A stretch of DNA of 64,000 bases from Spirochaetaceae bacterium. GTDB lineage: Bacteria > Spirochaetota > Spirochaetia > DSM-2461. The stretch covers positions 58,042-122,041 of the forward strand of contig JAOPTT010000020.1 of assembly GCA_051531975.1 (NCBI GenBank). Reading direction: 5' to 3'. The position numbers and the translations under genes are program-made. Shown in pieces: positions 38,509 to 48,530 of the stretch (its first letter is position 1; the number at the start of each line of letters is the position of its first letter). A model generated the notes under the pieces. That model made no database searches. It was not told the DNA's origin and worked only from the letters and a program-made list of their open reading frames with translations.

Positions 38509-38781
38509 TCACATCTCTTCGAATTCAAATGACCTTTCAAATAGTTCTTTTAAAATACTTAACATTCTGGCCTCATCAGGACCATCAATACGTATAATAA
38601 TATTTGTATCTTTTGCTAAACCTAGAGTTAATATTGATATGATATCTCTTACAGGAGTTTCTATACTGTTTTTTACAACAATGATATTACCAGTATATCC
38701 TAATATTGCCTTAAATATAATTCCGCTAGGTCTTACATGTATACCTTTTTCATTATTAATAACCGCTGTCGTTTCAACCAT
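38509..38781 (-). CDS. HPr-family phosphocarrier protein (His15 present, Asp at position 46)
   Basis: GIHVRPS; LTLGL..GPDE. Confidence 0.88.
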   Translation of the reverse strand: MVETTAVINNEKGIHVRPSGIIFKAILGYTGNIIVVKNSIETPVRDIISILTLGLAKDTNIIIRIDGPDEARMLSILKELFERSFEFEEM

Positions 38782-38787
38782 TCCTTT

Positions 38788-38816
38788 ATTATATATGCAA
38801 CTTTAATAAACTGCAA
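38788..38816 (-). promoter_or_regulatory. sigma70 promoter abutting the HPr ATG
   Basis: TTGCAG-N17-TATAAT-N6-ATG. Confidence 0.65.
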
Positions 38817-38876
38817 AATAATAATAACTCTTTTTTTTATTTTTGCTTTTTGATAAAATAAGCTAAGAGGTAAAGT

Positions 38877-39644
38877 ATGTTTCAAAAAAGGATTGTTGTA
38901 TGTTTAGATGTAAGAGATGGAAAAACTACTAAGGGTATCAAATTTCAGGGTAATGTTGATATAGGTGACCCTGTTTCTATGGCACAAGACTATTATAAAC
39001 AAGGTGTTGATGAACTTGTTTTTTACGATATTACTGCCTCAAGCGACAAACGTGGAATAATGATAGACGTTGTTAAAGAAGTTGCAAAAAAAATATTTAT
39101 CCCATTTACAGTTGGTGGTGGAATTAATAGTTTAGAAGATATTAGAGCAGTTATAGATGCTGGAGCAGAAAAGGTCAGCCTTAACTCTGGGGCAGTTCGT
39201 AATCCATCAATTATCAAAGAAGGTGCAGATGTTTTTGGTGCTCAGTGTATAGTTTTAGCCATGGATGCTAAAGCAGACCCCACATGTCCTTCAGGTTATA
39301 GAATTGTAACAAGTGGTGGGCGAAATGTTACAGACTGGGATGCTTTAGAGTGGGCTAAAGAAGGTGTTCGATTAGGTGCCGGAGAAATTGTCCTGAATTC
39401 TATAGACGCAGATGGTATGAAAAATGGTTATGAAATGAAGTTAACTAAAATGATCAGCGATGCTGTACCTGTACCTGTTGTTGCTTCTGGTGGTGCTGGT
39501 AAACCTGAACATTTAACTGAAGTTTTAACTAAAGGTAATGCCGATGCAGCTTTAATAGCTAGTATGGTTCATTATGGTGACTACACTGTTGGTGAAATAA
39601 AGAAAGAGCTTCAAAAAGATGGAGTCTCTGTAAGAATAGTTTAA
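38877..39644 (+). CDS. hisF: imidazole glycerol phosphate synthase cyclase subunit
   Basis: [43 protein letters not shown]. Confidence 0.96.
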   Translation: MFQKRIVVCLDVRDGKTTKGIKFQGNVDIGDPVSMAQDYYKQGVDELVFYDITASSDKRGIMIDVVKEVAKKIFIPFTVGGGINSLEDIRAVIDAGAEKVSLNSGAVRNPSIIKEGADVFGAQCIVLAMDAKADPTCPSGYRIVTSGGRNVTDWDALEWAKEGVRLGAGEIVLNSIDADGMKNGYEMKLTKMISDAVPVPVVASGGAGKPEHLTEVLTKGNADAALIASMVHYGDYTVGEIKKELQKDGVSVRIV

Positions 39645-39646
39645 AA

Positions 39647-39670
39647 AAAAGCAGCCATTTGGCTGCTTTT
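39647..39670. terminator. bidirectional terminator between hisF and thiI
   Basis: AAAAGCAGCCA-TT-TGGCTGCTTTT. Confidence 0.8.
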
Positions 39671-39671
39671 A

Positions 39672-40835
39672 TTATAGTTTATGCATTTCAACTGCATCAG
39701 CAGCTTTTAATAATAACTCATCAATCTCTAATTTATTAAAAATTTCAGTAGTTTCAATAAAGTCTGGTCTAGTCTGTGGGTTAGGAGGTGCAAACATTGC
39801 ACAACAATCATCAAAAGGTTGTATTGATGTTTCAAAACTCTCTATTCTTCTAGATATTTTAATAATCTCATCTTTATCCATACCAATTAGTGGTCTAAAT
39901 ACTGGTAGTTCACTATTTGAACCTGTAAAATGTAGACTCTGAATTGTTTGACTTGCTACTTGCCCAACAGCTTCACCTGTAATTAAACAGATTGATTTAC
40001 GTCTTTTTGCAATAATATTTGCTATTCTCATCATACAAGCTCGACCCATTAAAGTTGCATATGGAGGAGGAACTTCTTTGTTTATTTTAAGTTGAATCTC
40101 AGTAAAAGGTATTGTAAATAAATTAATTCCACCACACCAAGGAGATATTATCTTAGATAAATCAACTACTTTCTGATATGATTCTTCAGAAGTATACGGA
40201 GGTGTGTGGAAATAGACTGCATCTATATTTATACCTCTTTTTGCCATCATAATACCAGCAACTGGAGAATCAATCCCACCTGATAACAATAACATTCCCC
40301 TACCTGAAGTCCCTACTGGTAAACCACATGGGCCTTTACCACCAAAACCGTAGATATAGGCATGTTCTCTAAGCTCTAAGTTAATAATGAAATCAGGAGT
40401 TCTAACATTTACTTTAACTTTATCTCCAAACTCTTCTAATATTAACCCACCAAGTTTTGATGAATATTCATATGAATCCATTGTAAGAGATTTATCAGTT
40501 CTTCTAGTTTCAACCTTAAAAGTTCTACCTTTCTCATTTTCAAGATTTTGTTTTACTAAATTAAATACAGTCTGTTTTATATCTTCAAATTCTTTAGAAG
40601 TCTGATGTGCCTTATGAAATCCAACGATTCCGTAGGTTTTAGATAGACAGTCATGTACCACTTGTTCTTCACAATCATGTATAGTTAAATAAAATCGTCC
40701 ACTACGTATAATAACAGTTGTTTTATACAGTTTTAATGAACGTTTTATGTTGTCTTTAAGTTGTTTTTCAAATAATTTCCGATTACCTTTTTTTAGAGTA
40801 ATCTCACCGATTTTAATTAAGTATAAGTCTTCCAT
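39672..40835 (-). CDS. thiI: tRNA 4-thiouridine synthase ThiI (THUMP + PP-loop, no rhodanese domain)
   Basis: GEITLKKGNR, LLSGGIDSPVA, GQVASQT, RPLIGMDK, DCC. Confidence 0.95.
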   Translation of the reverse strand: MEDLYLIKIGEITLKKGNRKLFEKQLKDNIKRSLKLYKTTVIIRSGRFYLTIHDCEEQVVHDCLSKTYGIVGFHKAHQTSKEFEDIKQTVFNLVKQNLENEKGRTFKVETRRTDKSLTMDSYEYSSKLGGLILEEFGDKVKVNVRTPDFIINLELREHAYIYGFGGKGPCGLPVGTSGRGMLLLSGGIDSPVAGIMMAKRGINIDAVYFHTPPYTSEESYQKVVDLSKIISPWCGGINLFTIPFTEIQLKINKEVPPPYATLMGRACMMRIANIIAKRRKSICLITGEAVGQVASQTIQSLHFTGSNSELPVFRPLIGMDKDEIIKISRRIESFETSIQPFDDCCAMFAPPNPQTRPDFIETTEIFNKLEIDELLLKAADAVEMHKL

Positions 40836-40860
40836 TCACATAACTTATCACAGTATAACT

Positions 40861-42009
40861 TTAAGGAGCAAGTTCTTTGATAGACTCTTCTAAAGCTTTT
40901 AAGAAATTATCTATATCTTCTAAGGTTGTAGTCCGTCCAATAGATACTCTGAATGATGAAAAACCTTCATCCTTAGATATACCCATTGATAATATACCTT
41001 TAGTACTACTTTTTTTATTACTAGAACATGCACTTCCTGTTGATATCATGAATCCTTTATCATTTAAGACCCTAGCTAAAACCTCTCCTGGTAAAGGTGG
41101 GGAAGTTAAAGAGAGTATATTAGGGACAAAACTTTTATCAGATAACACCCTATCTTTTGGGATAGTTGAAATACCTAGGGATCGAACTCCAATAATTAAC
41201 TTATCCATAAGTCCATTAAGAAAAATAATTTTATTATCAAGATTTAAAATAGAATCTTCTAAACAATTTGTCATAGCTGTAATTCCAAATATATTTTCAG
41301 TTCCTGGTCTTATTCCAGACTCCTGTCCACCACCGAGGTTTATAACATCTCTACTTTTTTTTAAGTATAGAAGTCCAATTCCTCTAGGTCCACCAAACTT
41401 ATGTGCGGAAATTGAAAAAGAATCTATATCTAACAATTCTAAATTAATAGGTGTTTTACCAACTGCTTGAACACCATCTATATGAATATGAATATTTTTT
41501 CCTATCTCTGACTCTTTTTGACGAACTGTTTCTATTAATTGCTCTAAATCCTGAATAATACCTGTTTCATTATGAACTAAAATAAGAGATACGATTTTTG
41601 TTAACTCAGTAATACTTTTATTTAATTTCTTGTTTGGAAACTTCCCTGAACTATTTGGGTCGATGTTTTTTACTTTCCAGCCAAAGTTTTTTAAAATATC
41701 AATTGAACCAGAAATTGATGGGTGTTCAATGGAAGATGTAATAATTTGACCCGTAATATGTTTTTTTAAAAATGATAGTAGAACAATATTATTAGATTCT
41801 GTACCACCACTAGTAAAATATATAGAATCTTGTTTACAGTTTAATAACCCGGCACAAGTTTCACGACTCTTATTAAGTTGATCTTTAGCTGCTAAACCAG
41901 CCGAATGTACTGATGAAGGATTTCCATAAAACTCTAAACTTTTATTTAGTGAATCAGTTATTATCTGCTTCCGGGGTAGTGCTGTTGCAGCCCAATCTAA
42001 GTATGTCAT
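40861..42009 (-). CDS. cysteine desulfurase (IscS/NifZ-type partner of ThiI)
   Basis: YLDWAAT, GNPSS, FTSGGTESNN, SAHKFGGP, STGSACSS. Confidence 0.93.
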   Translation of the reverse strand: MTYLDWAATALPRKQIITDSLNKSLEFYGNPSSVHSAGLAAKDQLNKSRETCAGLLNCKQDSIYFTSGGTESNNIVLLSFLKKHITGQIITSSIEHPSISGSIDILKNFGWKVKNIDPNSSGKFPNKKLNKSITELTKIVSLILVHNETGIIQDLEQLIETVRQKESEIGKNIHIHIDGVQAVGKTPINLELLDIDSFSISAHKFGGPRGIGLLYLKKSRDVINLGGGQESGIRPGTENIFGITAMTNCLEDSILNLDNKIIFLNGLMDKLIIGVRSLGISTIPKDRVLSDKSFVPNILSLTSPPLPGEVLARVLNDKGFMISTGSACSSNKKSSTKGILSMGISKDEGFSSFRVSIGRTTTLEDIDNFLKALEESIKELAP

Positions 42010-42048
42010 GATTTTATTATATATTAATAAGCTTATAAAGCTAAAGAC

Positions 42049-42077
42049 TTGCCTATAAATTATTCTTTATCTATAAT
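42049..42077 (+). promoter_or_regulatory. sigma70 promoter abutting the ArsR ATG
   Basis: TTGCCT-N17-TATAAT-N7-ATG. Confidence 0.65.
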
Positions 42078-42084
42078 TAAATTT

Positions 42085-42366
42085 ATGGATAAGTGTGAAA
42101 ATGAAGAAAAAGTGAATGATTATTCAAAAAAATTAAAAGTTATTGGTCATCCACTTCGAATGAAAATGTTAATAATAATTGAGGGGAAATCCTCTTGTGT
42201 AGGAGATTTATGGCAGTGTCTAGACTCCTCTCAACCATCAATTTCTCAACATCTGGCAATATTAAAAGATGCTGGAATTGTTAATTCAGAAGTTCAAGGT
42301 AACAAAAGAATTTATAATATTGTTGATGATTTTATAAAAGGAATTATTCAATCATTAGAATTATAG
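42085..42366 (+). CDS. ArsR/SmtB-family transcriptional regulator
   Basis: LKVIGHPLRMKML, CVGDL, SQPSISQHLAILKDAGIV. Confidence 0.9.
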   Translation: MDKCENEEKVNDYSKKLKVIGHPLRMKMLIIIEGKSSCVGDLWQCLDSSQPSISQHLAILKDAGIVNSEVQGNKRIYNIVDDFIKGIIQSLEL

Positions 42367-43035
42367 TTCTAAATCATCTCTAGATATGGGTCTTCCAATA
42401 TAGACCCCTTCTGGCCCTAAGTATTCTTGTATTGCGCCATCTATACTAAATTGAACACTATCTACACTTTCATATTCAGTAGCTGTATATACAATTTGTT
42501 TTATCTGAGCAATATATCCCTCAACTCCTAATGAATTAAATCGAAACATCTCATTGAAATTCAGATAAGCCACACCATCTTTTATACTTATTGATAATAC
42601 AACTGCTCCATCGGGAACCAAAGTTAATAACCCTCTATTTATATCTTGGGTATCAGGCCCAACTAAAAGTCTTTCCAATGTTTTTGATAAAGGTGATTTA
42701 CCAACATAAATAGATTTTAAAACACTTTTTAATACAATTTCACCATCATCATTAACTTTTATAAAAAACAATCGTATTTTTTTCTTAACATCCCCAGTCT
42801 CTGTTGTCTCTTTAGGTTCAGGATTATTTAATACGATCTGATCTTCAATGTCACTTCCAGAAACAAAAAGTGCATTGTTATTTTCATTTTCTGAAATATT
42901 TGTGACTAGTATTTTATTATGTGAGTCAACAATCGAATCAATTTTTGTTAAATATATAATAACAATTAGAGTTATTAGTACAACTACAATAATTAATAAC
43001 CCCTCTGTAGGAAGTTTTTTTAGGAATTTATTCAT
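42361..43035 (-). CDS. membrane-anchored GerMN-domain protein
   Basis: N-terminal TM; LLVGP, AYLNFN, QIVYTATEY..VDSVQFSIDG. Confidence 0.85.
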   Translation of the reverse strand: MNKFLKKLPTEGLLIIVVVLITLIVIIYLTKIDSIVDSHNKILVTNISENENNNALFVSGSDIEDQIVLNNPEPKETTETGDVKKKIRLFFIKVNDDGEIVLKSVLKSIYVGKSPLSKTLERLLVGPDTQDINRGLLTLVPDGAVVLSISIKDGVAYLNFNEMFRFNSLGVEGYIAQIKQIVYTATEYESVDSVQFSIDGAIQEYLGPEGVYIGRPISRDDLEL

Positions 43036-43040
43036 AATTA

Positions 43041-43069
43041 ATTGTAGATAATATATTAAAGTGTGTCTA
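43041..43069 (-). promoter_or_regulatory. sigma70 promoter abutting the GerMN ATG
   Basis: TAGACA-N17-TACAAT-N5-ATG. Confidence 0.6.
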
Positions 43070-43140
43070 GTTTATAAAAAAAGTTGTATTTTTTATAAAA
43101 CCTTAGTACATTTATATAATAACACTTCATAAGGATTGAA

Positions 43141-44895
43141 ATGATCGTATTAAAAGGTATATCTGCATCCCCAGGAATCTCTATTGGTAAAATCTATCTT
43201 TATTTTGATGAAACAGAAAGAGAGGCTGTGCCATCATATACTATTGAATTTCATGAAATAGAAACAGAAAAGAAAAGATTAGAAACCGCCGTAGAAAGAG
43301 CAGTTAATGAACTTGTTGAGATAAAAACTAAAGCAGATGGTATTGTTAGAGCCGATGATGGTAGTTTTCTTGATGCTCATCTATTAATGTTAACTGATAT
43401 TGGTTTACATGATAAAGTTCACAGAGAAGTAGAGGCTACATTTTTAAATGTTGAAGCTGCACTACTTAAAGTTAGTAATCAGATCGTTAATCAGATGAAT
43501 GATTCTGAAGATACATATTTAAAAGAGAGAGCCCTAGATATCCAAGATGTTGCAAGGCGACTATTATCTCATTTAATGTATAAAGAGCGAAAGTCTTTAG
43601 AGAACTTAAAAGAAGATGTGATCTTAGTTACGACTAATTTATTACCATCAGATGCGTTATTAATGGATAAGGTTCATATTAAAGGTATAGCTTTAAATGC
43701 AGGTGGGAGAACTTCTCATACAGCTATTTTAGCTAGAAGTTTTGGTATTCCAGCAGTTTTGGCACTTGGTTCAGTGACTTTACACGCATTAGACGGTAAA
43801 AATATAATAGTAGATGGATACACTGGTGAGGTAATAATTGAGCCAGATTCTAAAACAATAGATCAGTATCAGATTAAAAAGCGTGAATTCCAGAAGATGG
43901 AAAGCGAACTTTTAACAATGAACAAACTTCCTGCTGAGACAAAAGATGGTAAACTAGTTCACTTAAAAGCAAACATTGAAGTTAAAGAAGAAGTTGATTC
44001 AGTTTTATCCCATGGTGCTGATGGAATTGGTTTATACAGAAGTGAATTCCTATTTTTTAAATCAGGGGATCTTCCATCAGAAGATGAACAATATAATAAT
44101 TACAGTCATATTTTAGAGATGATGGAAGGAAAATCTGTAACAATTAGAACTTTAGATGTTGGTGGAGATAAACTTAACCCAAAAGTTACAGGTGGATACG
44201 AAGAGAAAAACCCACTTTTAGGGTGGAGAGCCATAAGATTTGGACTTCATGAAAAATTATTACTAAAAGCTCAACTTAGAGCTTTGCTTAGATCGTCTAT
44301 TTTTGGTACATTAAGGATTATGTTTCCTATGATCTCTGGAATTGAAGAGCTAGATGCTGTTTTGGATATTCTAAAAGAGGTTAAGGAAGGGTTAAGAGCA
44401 GACGGAATTTCTTTTAAAGAGGACGTTCCTGTTGGAATCATGATAGAGGTTCCATCAGCTGCATTAACTTCGGACATCTTGGCAAAGAGAGTGGATTTCT
44501 TTTCTATAGGTACCAACGATTTAATTCAATATACAATTGCCATTGATAGAGGTAATGAGAAGGTTGCACATATGTATGAACCTCTTCATTTAGGTATATT
44601 AAGACTTGTAAAAATAGTTATAGATAATGCTCATAAAGAGGGTATTCCTGTAAGTATGTGTGGTGAAATGGCTGGAGACGCTCTAGCTTCTGTAATATTA
44701 TTAGGACTAGGATTAGATGAATTTAGTATGAGTTCATTTGGTATTCCTAGAATTAAAAAGATTATTAGGTCGGTTTCCATTTTAGAGGCACAGGAATTAG
44801 TTGGTACAGTAATGGATATGAAATCCTTCAAAGATGTTGATAAATACACTACAGCATACATGGAGGAAAAATTTGGGATCAAATCTTTCAAATAA
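43141..44895 (+). CDS. ptsI: phosphoenolpyruvate-protein phosphotransferase (PTS enzyme I)
   Basis: GGRTSHTAILARS, GIGLYRSEF, RTLDVGGDK, SIGTNDLIQY, MCGEMAG. Confidence 0.96.
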   Translation: MIVLKGISASPGISIGKIYLYFDETEREAVPSYTIEFHEIETEKKRLETAVERAVNELVEIKTKADGIVRADDGSFLDAHLLMLTDIGLHDKVHREVEATFLNVEAALLKVSNQIVNQMNDSEDTYLKERALDIQDVARRLLSHLMYKERKSLENLKEDVILVTTNLLPSDALLMDKVHIKGIALNAGGRTSHTAILARSFGIPAVLALGSVTLHALDGKNIIVDGYTGEVIIEPDSKTIDQYQIKKREFQKMESELLTMNKLPAETKDGKLVHLKANIEVKEEVDSVLSHGADGIGLYRSEFLFFKSGDLPSEDEQYNNYSHILEMMEGKSVTIRTLDVGGDKLNPKVTGGYEEKNPLLGWRAIRFGLHEKLLLKAQLRALLRSSIFGTLRIMFPMISGIEELDAVLDILKEVKEGLRADGISFKEDVPVGIMIEVPSAALTSDILAKRVDFFSIGTNDLIQYTIAIDRGNEKVAHMYEPLHLGILRLVKIVIDNAHKEGIPVSMCGEMAGDALASVILLGLGLDEFSMSSFGIPRIKKIIRSVSILEAQELVGTVMDMKSFKDVDKYTTAYMEEKFGIKSFK

Positions 44896-46210
44896 GGTAT
44901 TACCTAAAGTAGTAGTTGTTGGTAGACCAAACGTTGGTAAATCAACACTTTTTAATAGATTTTTAAGGGAGAGAAAGGCAATAACAGACCCTACTCCCGG
45001 TGTAACCAGGGACCCTATAGAGGCACCTTGTATTATTGGAAATAGAGAAGTTCTATTAATTGATACAGGTGGTTTTAAATTAGAACGGGACGAAGAATTC
45101 GACGAATTAGTATCTCTTAAGAGTATCGAGATGATTGGTGAAGCCGATCTTATTCTATTTGTAATGGATGTAATGGATGTTACACCTGAAGATGAATCTT
45201 TTATTGAACTATTAAGACCCCACGAAGAGAAGGTTTTATTAGTTGCAAACAAAGTAGATACAGTAGAAAAAGAGAACGAAGTATGGAACTTGTATTCTTA
45301 CGGTTTCACGGCTGTCTTAGGTATCTCTGCAGAACATAACAGAAATATTTATGAGTTAGAAGATGCAATAACTTCAAGATTAGAGTTTGTTGATGTTGAG
45401 GGTAAAGTACAACCAAATGCCCCAGATATTAAAATTACAATCTTGGGTAAACCAAATGCTGGTAAATCTACTTTAGCTAATGCATTAACAAAAAGTGGTA
45501 ATTCATTAGTATCCGATATTGCAGGAACAACAAGAGATGTTATTCAAGGTAATTTTAAATACGATGAACTTGACTTTCAAATATTAGACACTGCTGGTAT
45601 TAGACGGAAAAGTAAAGTAAAAGAAGATGTTGAGTACTACTCGGTAAACAGAGCAATTAAAAGTATTGCTGAGGCCGATGTTGTATATCTTTTAATAGAT
45701 GTAGAAGAAGGTTTAACAGACCAAGATAAGAAAATTGCTTCTCAGATTATTAAGCATGGTAAAGGTGTTATATTAGTATTAAATAAATGGGATATAATGA
45801 AAGAGTTAGGAAATGACTTTAATGCTGTTGAGGATAGAGTTCGATTTCTATTCCCAATTCTTAGCTTTGCTCCTGTTCTTAGTATTTCAGCTCTTAAAAA
45901 AAGAGGATTTAGAGAACTACTTAAAACAACTGTTAGTATACACAAAGAATTAGAGAAACGTGTAGAAACAAATGCTCTAAATGACGCGTTAGCAGAGTGG
46001 CAAGATTTTAATCCTGCTCCAATTGTTAAAGGAAAATCTTTGAAATGCCGATATTTAACTCAGGTATCGGTGTCACCACTGAAATTCGTTCTATTTGTAA
46101 ATCGGGAGAGAAGTTTTCCAGAATTTTATGCAAGATATGTATTAAATCAGATTAGAAAGGAATTTGGATATAAAAACGTACCTATAACTCTGGAAGTTAA
46201 GGACAGTTAA
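44873..46210 (+). CDS. der: ribosome biogenesis GTPase Der/EngA
   Basis: Tandem G domains GRPNVGKS and GKPNAGKS, DTGG/DTAG; TTG start after GGAGG (44862-44866). Confidence 0.95.
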   Translation: MGSNLSNKVLPKVVVVGRPNVGKSTLFNRFLRERKAITDPTPGVTRDPIEAPCIIGNREVLLIDTGGFKLERDEEFDELVSLKSIEMIGEADLILFVMDVMDVTPEDESFIELLRPHEEKVLLVANKVDTVEKENEVWNLYSYGFTAVLGISAEHNRNIYELEDAITSRLEFVDVEGKVQPNAPDIKITILGKPNAGKSTLANALTKSGNSLVSDIAGTTRDVIQGNFKYDELDFQILDTAGIRRKSKVKEDVEYYSVNRAIKSIAEADVVYLLIDVEEGLTDQDKKIASQIIKHGKGVILVLNKWDIMKELGNDFNAVEDRVRFLFPILSFAPVLSISALKKRGFRELLKTTVSIHKELEKRVETNALNDALAEWQDFNPAPIVKGKSLKCRYLTQVSVSPLKFVLFVNRERSFPEFYARYVLNQIRKEFGYKNVPITLEVKDS

Positions 46211-47473
46211 ATGAAACAACTACTGCTTAGTTCAGTATTTTTAATATTTGTGACCATGAATCTGGTTTCCCAATCACTCACATCTGAGTGGAATATGTTA
46301 CGAGATTCAGGGGTACACGAAAATTATGAGATAAGACAACGACACCGAGCAGTAGTTATGTCAAAAAGTTTTGAAGCAGTTAATGCACCTAAAAGAGTTT
46401 TTTCACAAACCGAATCTGATGTAAATGTCAGGTTTGAAGTTAGAAAAACAGCTACAGCATTTTATCTAATGTTTTTAAATCAGTATCAAGATCGATTTCC
46501 TGTATGGAGTAGTGGTTCCTATATTATAAAAAAAGATCTTGTTAGTGGTAACTTCATCCAAGCAAAAGTTTTTTTATATAATAATGAAAATAGTTTTATT
46601 CGAATATATCCAGAGCAAGATAGAAGTAGGTTAGATCTTAATCTATTTGGGCAAGAGATATATACGGGAGTTCGAATTCCAGTACCCTTCGACAAACTTA
46701 TGTTACTTCCAATATCTAAAATATTATCACTAACAAAAAATAAAATACCATGGGAAACTATGTTCACAGATATTGAATATTCAGAGTGGACTGATGTGAA
46801 AAATTTATCATTAGAAGTTCAAAGTTTAATTCCCGAATTAGGTGATAACGAAGATGGTGCTATAGATGAAAATGGTGAATATGTTTTTATTGAAACATTA
46901 GAACCTCAGGAAGAAATACAAGGTCTCAACTGTTCAGGTTTTACAAAATGGACTGTGGATCTTTTATACAATAAATTAACAGGTAATAATATGCCAATAG
47001 AACCCCTAAAAAAGAAACATTATGATTTAAGGGGAAATAGCTGGTCTGATAGGGCAGAGGATTCAAGAGATCCTTTTTTTGGTTTAGATTGGACAAGAAA
47101 TATAGCTTATTTATATAGAAAAACTTTATATCCATATCTTGAGTTGGATTTTAAAAGTTGTGATATTAATTCAGTACCTTACTTTTCATATAAAGATAAT
47201 GTAGGTTATGAAACAGATGAGATCTCTGCAGCACTTTTTCTAGAGGCTATTAAAAACCCCGGTAGGATTTATTTAGGTTCAGTAAACAGACCTTTTGGTG
47301 ATACTTTTAAATTAAGACAGCATGTACATGTCGTAGTACTTTTTCCATATTTTGATAGTAGTGGAAAGTTTCAAATAGATGTTATTGAACGACAGACCAA
47401 AACTGGTATAGACTCTTTAGAACAGAGATATAAAGGTGAATTCATGCATCTAGTACATATAGAATTAAACTAA
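46211..47473 (+). CDS. exported hypothetical protein with NlpC/P60-like (papain-fold) catalytic motifs
   Basis: Signal peptide; GLNCSGFTKW, QHVHVVVL, downstream IER; no gap after the der stop. CDS is solid, function is inferred. Confidence 0.6.
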   Translation: MKQLLLSSVFLIFVTMNLVSQSLTSEWNMLRDSGVHENYEIRQRHRAVVMSKSFEAVNAPKRVFSQTESDVNVRFEVRKTATAFYLMFLNQYQDRFPVWSSGSYIIKKDLVSGNFIQAKVFLYNNENSFIRIYPEQDRSRLDLNLFGQEIYTGVRIPVPFDKLMLLPISKILSLTKNKIPWETMFTDIEYSEWTDVKNLSLEVQSLIPELGDNEDGAIDENGEYVFIETLEPQEEIQGLNCSGFTKWTVDLLYNKLTGNNMPIEPLKKKHYDLRGNSWSDRAEDSRDPFFGLDWTRNIAYLYRKTLYPYLELDFKSCDINSVPYFSYKDNVGYETDEISAALFLEAIKNPGRIYLGSVNRPFGDTFKLRQHVHVVVLFPYFDSSGKFQIDVIERQTKTGIDSLEQRYKGEFMHLVHIELN

Positions 47474-47484
47474 AGGAGTTAAAA

Positions 47485-48111
47485 ATGACATCAATTCTTA
47501 TAAATGGAGGACCTATCTTATGGATAATTATGGTTCTTTTTTTCTTGGCAGCAATAATAATTGTTGAAAGAATTTTATATTTCAAAAAAATAAGAGTAGA
47601 CGAAGAAAAGCTTTTTACCAGAGTACGAGCAGCTATAGAGAAAAAACATTTTGATGAGGCTTTATCTATATGCGATACTAATGAATCTCCTTTATCATCT
47701 TTAATGAAATCAGGAATTAACCATAGACATTTCCCTAAATATGTCCAAAAAGAGATATTACAAGAGAAAGCAAACCAAGAAGTACCTGCTTTAGAAAAAC
47801 ACTTATCGGCTCTAGGAACTATTTCTCATATTTCACCACTATTAGGATTATTAGGCACAGTAACAGGTAATATTTCATCCTTTGGCCTATTAGGTGGTTC
47901 AGTATCAGTTAGTGATCCTGGTCTTTTAGCTACAGGTATTTCAGAAGCGTTAATAACTACAGCTGCTGGTCTTATTGTTGCAATTCCTGCTGTTATATTT
48001 TTTAACTTTCTAGTATCTAAAGTAGACTTGATTCTTATAAGAATGGAAAACCAAGTAAATGATATGATCCTTCTTTTAAACCAGGATGAAATTGTAAACG
48101 AGGTTAAATAA
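47485..48111 (+). CDS. exbB: MotA/TolQ/ExbB proton channel protein
   Basis: SPLLGLLGTVTG, GISEALITTAAGLIVAIPA. Confidence 0.9.
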   Translation: MTSILINGGPILWIIMVLFFLAAIIIVERILYFKKIRVDEEKLFTRVRAAIEKKHFDEALSICDTNESPLSSLMKSGINHRHFPKYVQKEILQEKANQEVPALEKHLSALGTISHISPLLGLLGTVTGNISSFGLLGGSVSVSDPGLLATGISEALITTAAGLIVAIPAVIFFNFLVSKVDLILIRMENQVNDMILLLNQDEIVNEVK

Positions 48112-48530
48112 TGAAAATCAGGCGAAGATTAAAAAGAACTGCTGTAGCAGATATGACTCCCATGATAGACATTATTTTTCAGTTAGTTATATTTTTCATG
48201 ATCTCTAGTGTCTTTAACACCGCACCTGGAATTGATATTGAATTACCAAAAGGTGAAACATCTCAAACAATGGAAATTACTCCCCTTGTAATTACAATAA
48301 CTGGAACAGAAGAGATCTATATCAATAAAAATATTGTACCTCTTAGTGGACTAAAAGATAGTTTAATTAAATACAAAGAAACAGTTGATGATAAAACTAG
48401 TAATGTTGTATTAAAGGGTGATCAGAATAGTTCCTATGGTGTATTTATCGAAGTTATGGGGATATTAAGATCTACTGGTTTTGACCAGATAAACATGATA
48501 ACTGATAACATTGGTAAAAAAAGTGAATAG
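48111..48530 (+). CDS. exbD: ExbD/TolR protein
   Basis: MTPMIDIIFQLVIFFM with conserved Asp; LKGD. Confidence 0.9.
   Translation: MKIRRRLKRTAVADMTPMIDIIFQLVIFFMISSVFNTAPGIDIELPKGETSQTMEITPLVITITGTEEIYINKNIVPLSGLKDSLIKYKETVDDKTSNVVLKGDQNSSYGVFIEVMGILRSTGFDQINMITDNIGKKSE

Noticed and set aside
35734..39644. leuAB without leuCD, and an isolated hisF
   Set aside because: Split biosynthetic operons are common; the partners may lie elsewhere in the genome
40877..41470. 197-aa plus-strand ORF
   Set aside because: Entirely antisense to the cysteine desulfurase, with no motifs; shadow ORF
44797..45252. 151-aa minus-strand ORF, and the other short nested or antisense ORFs in the track
   Set aside because: They overlap well-supported genes (ptsI/der and others) and show no domain signal or RBS
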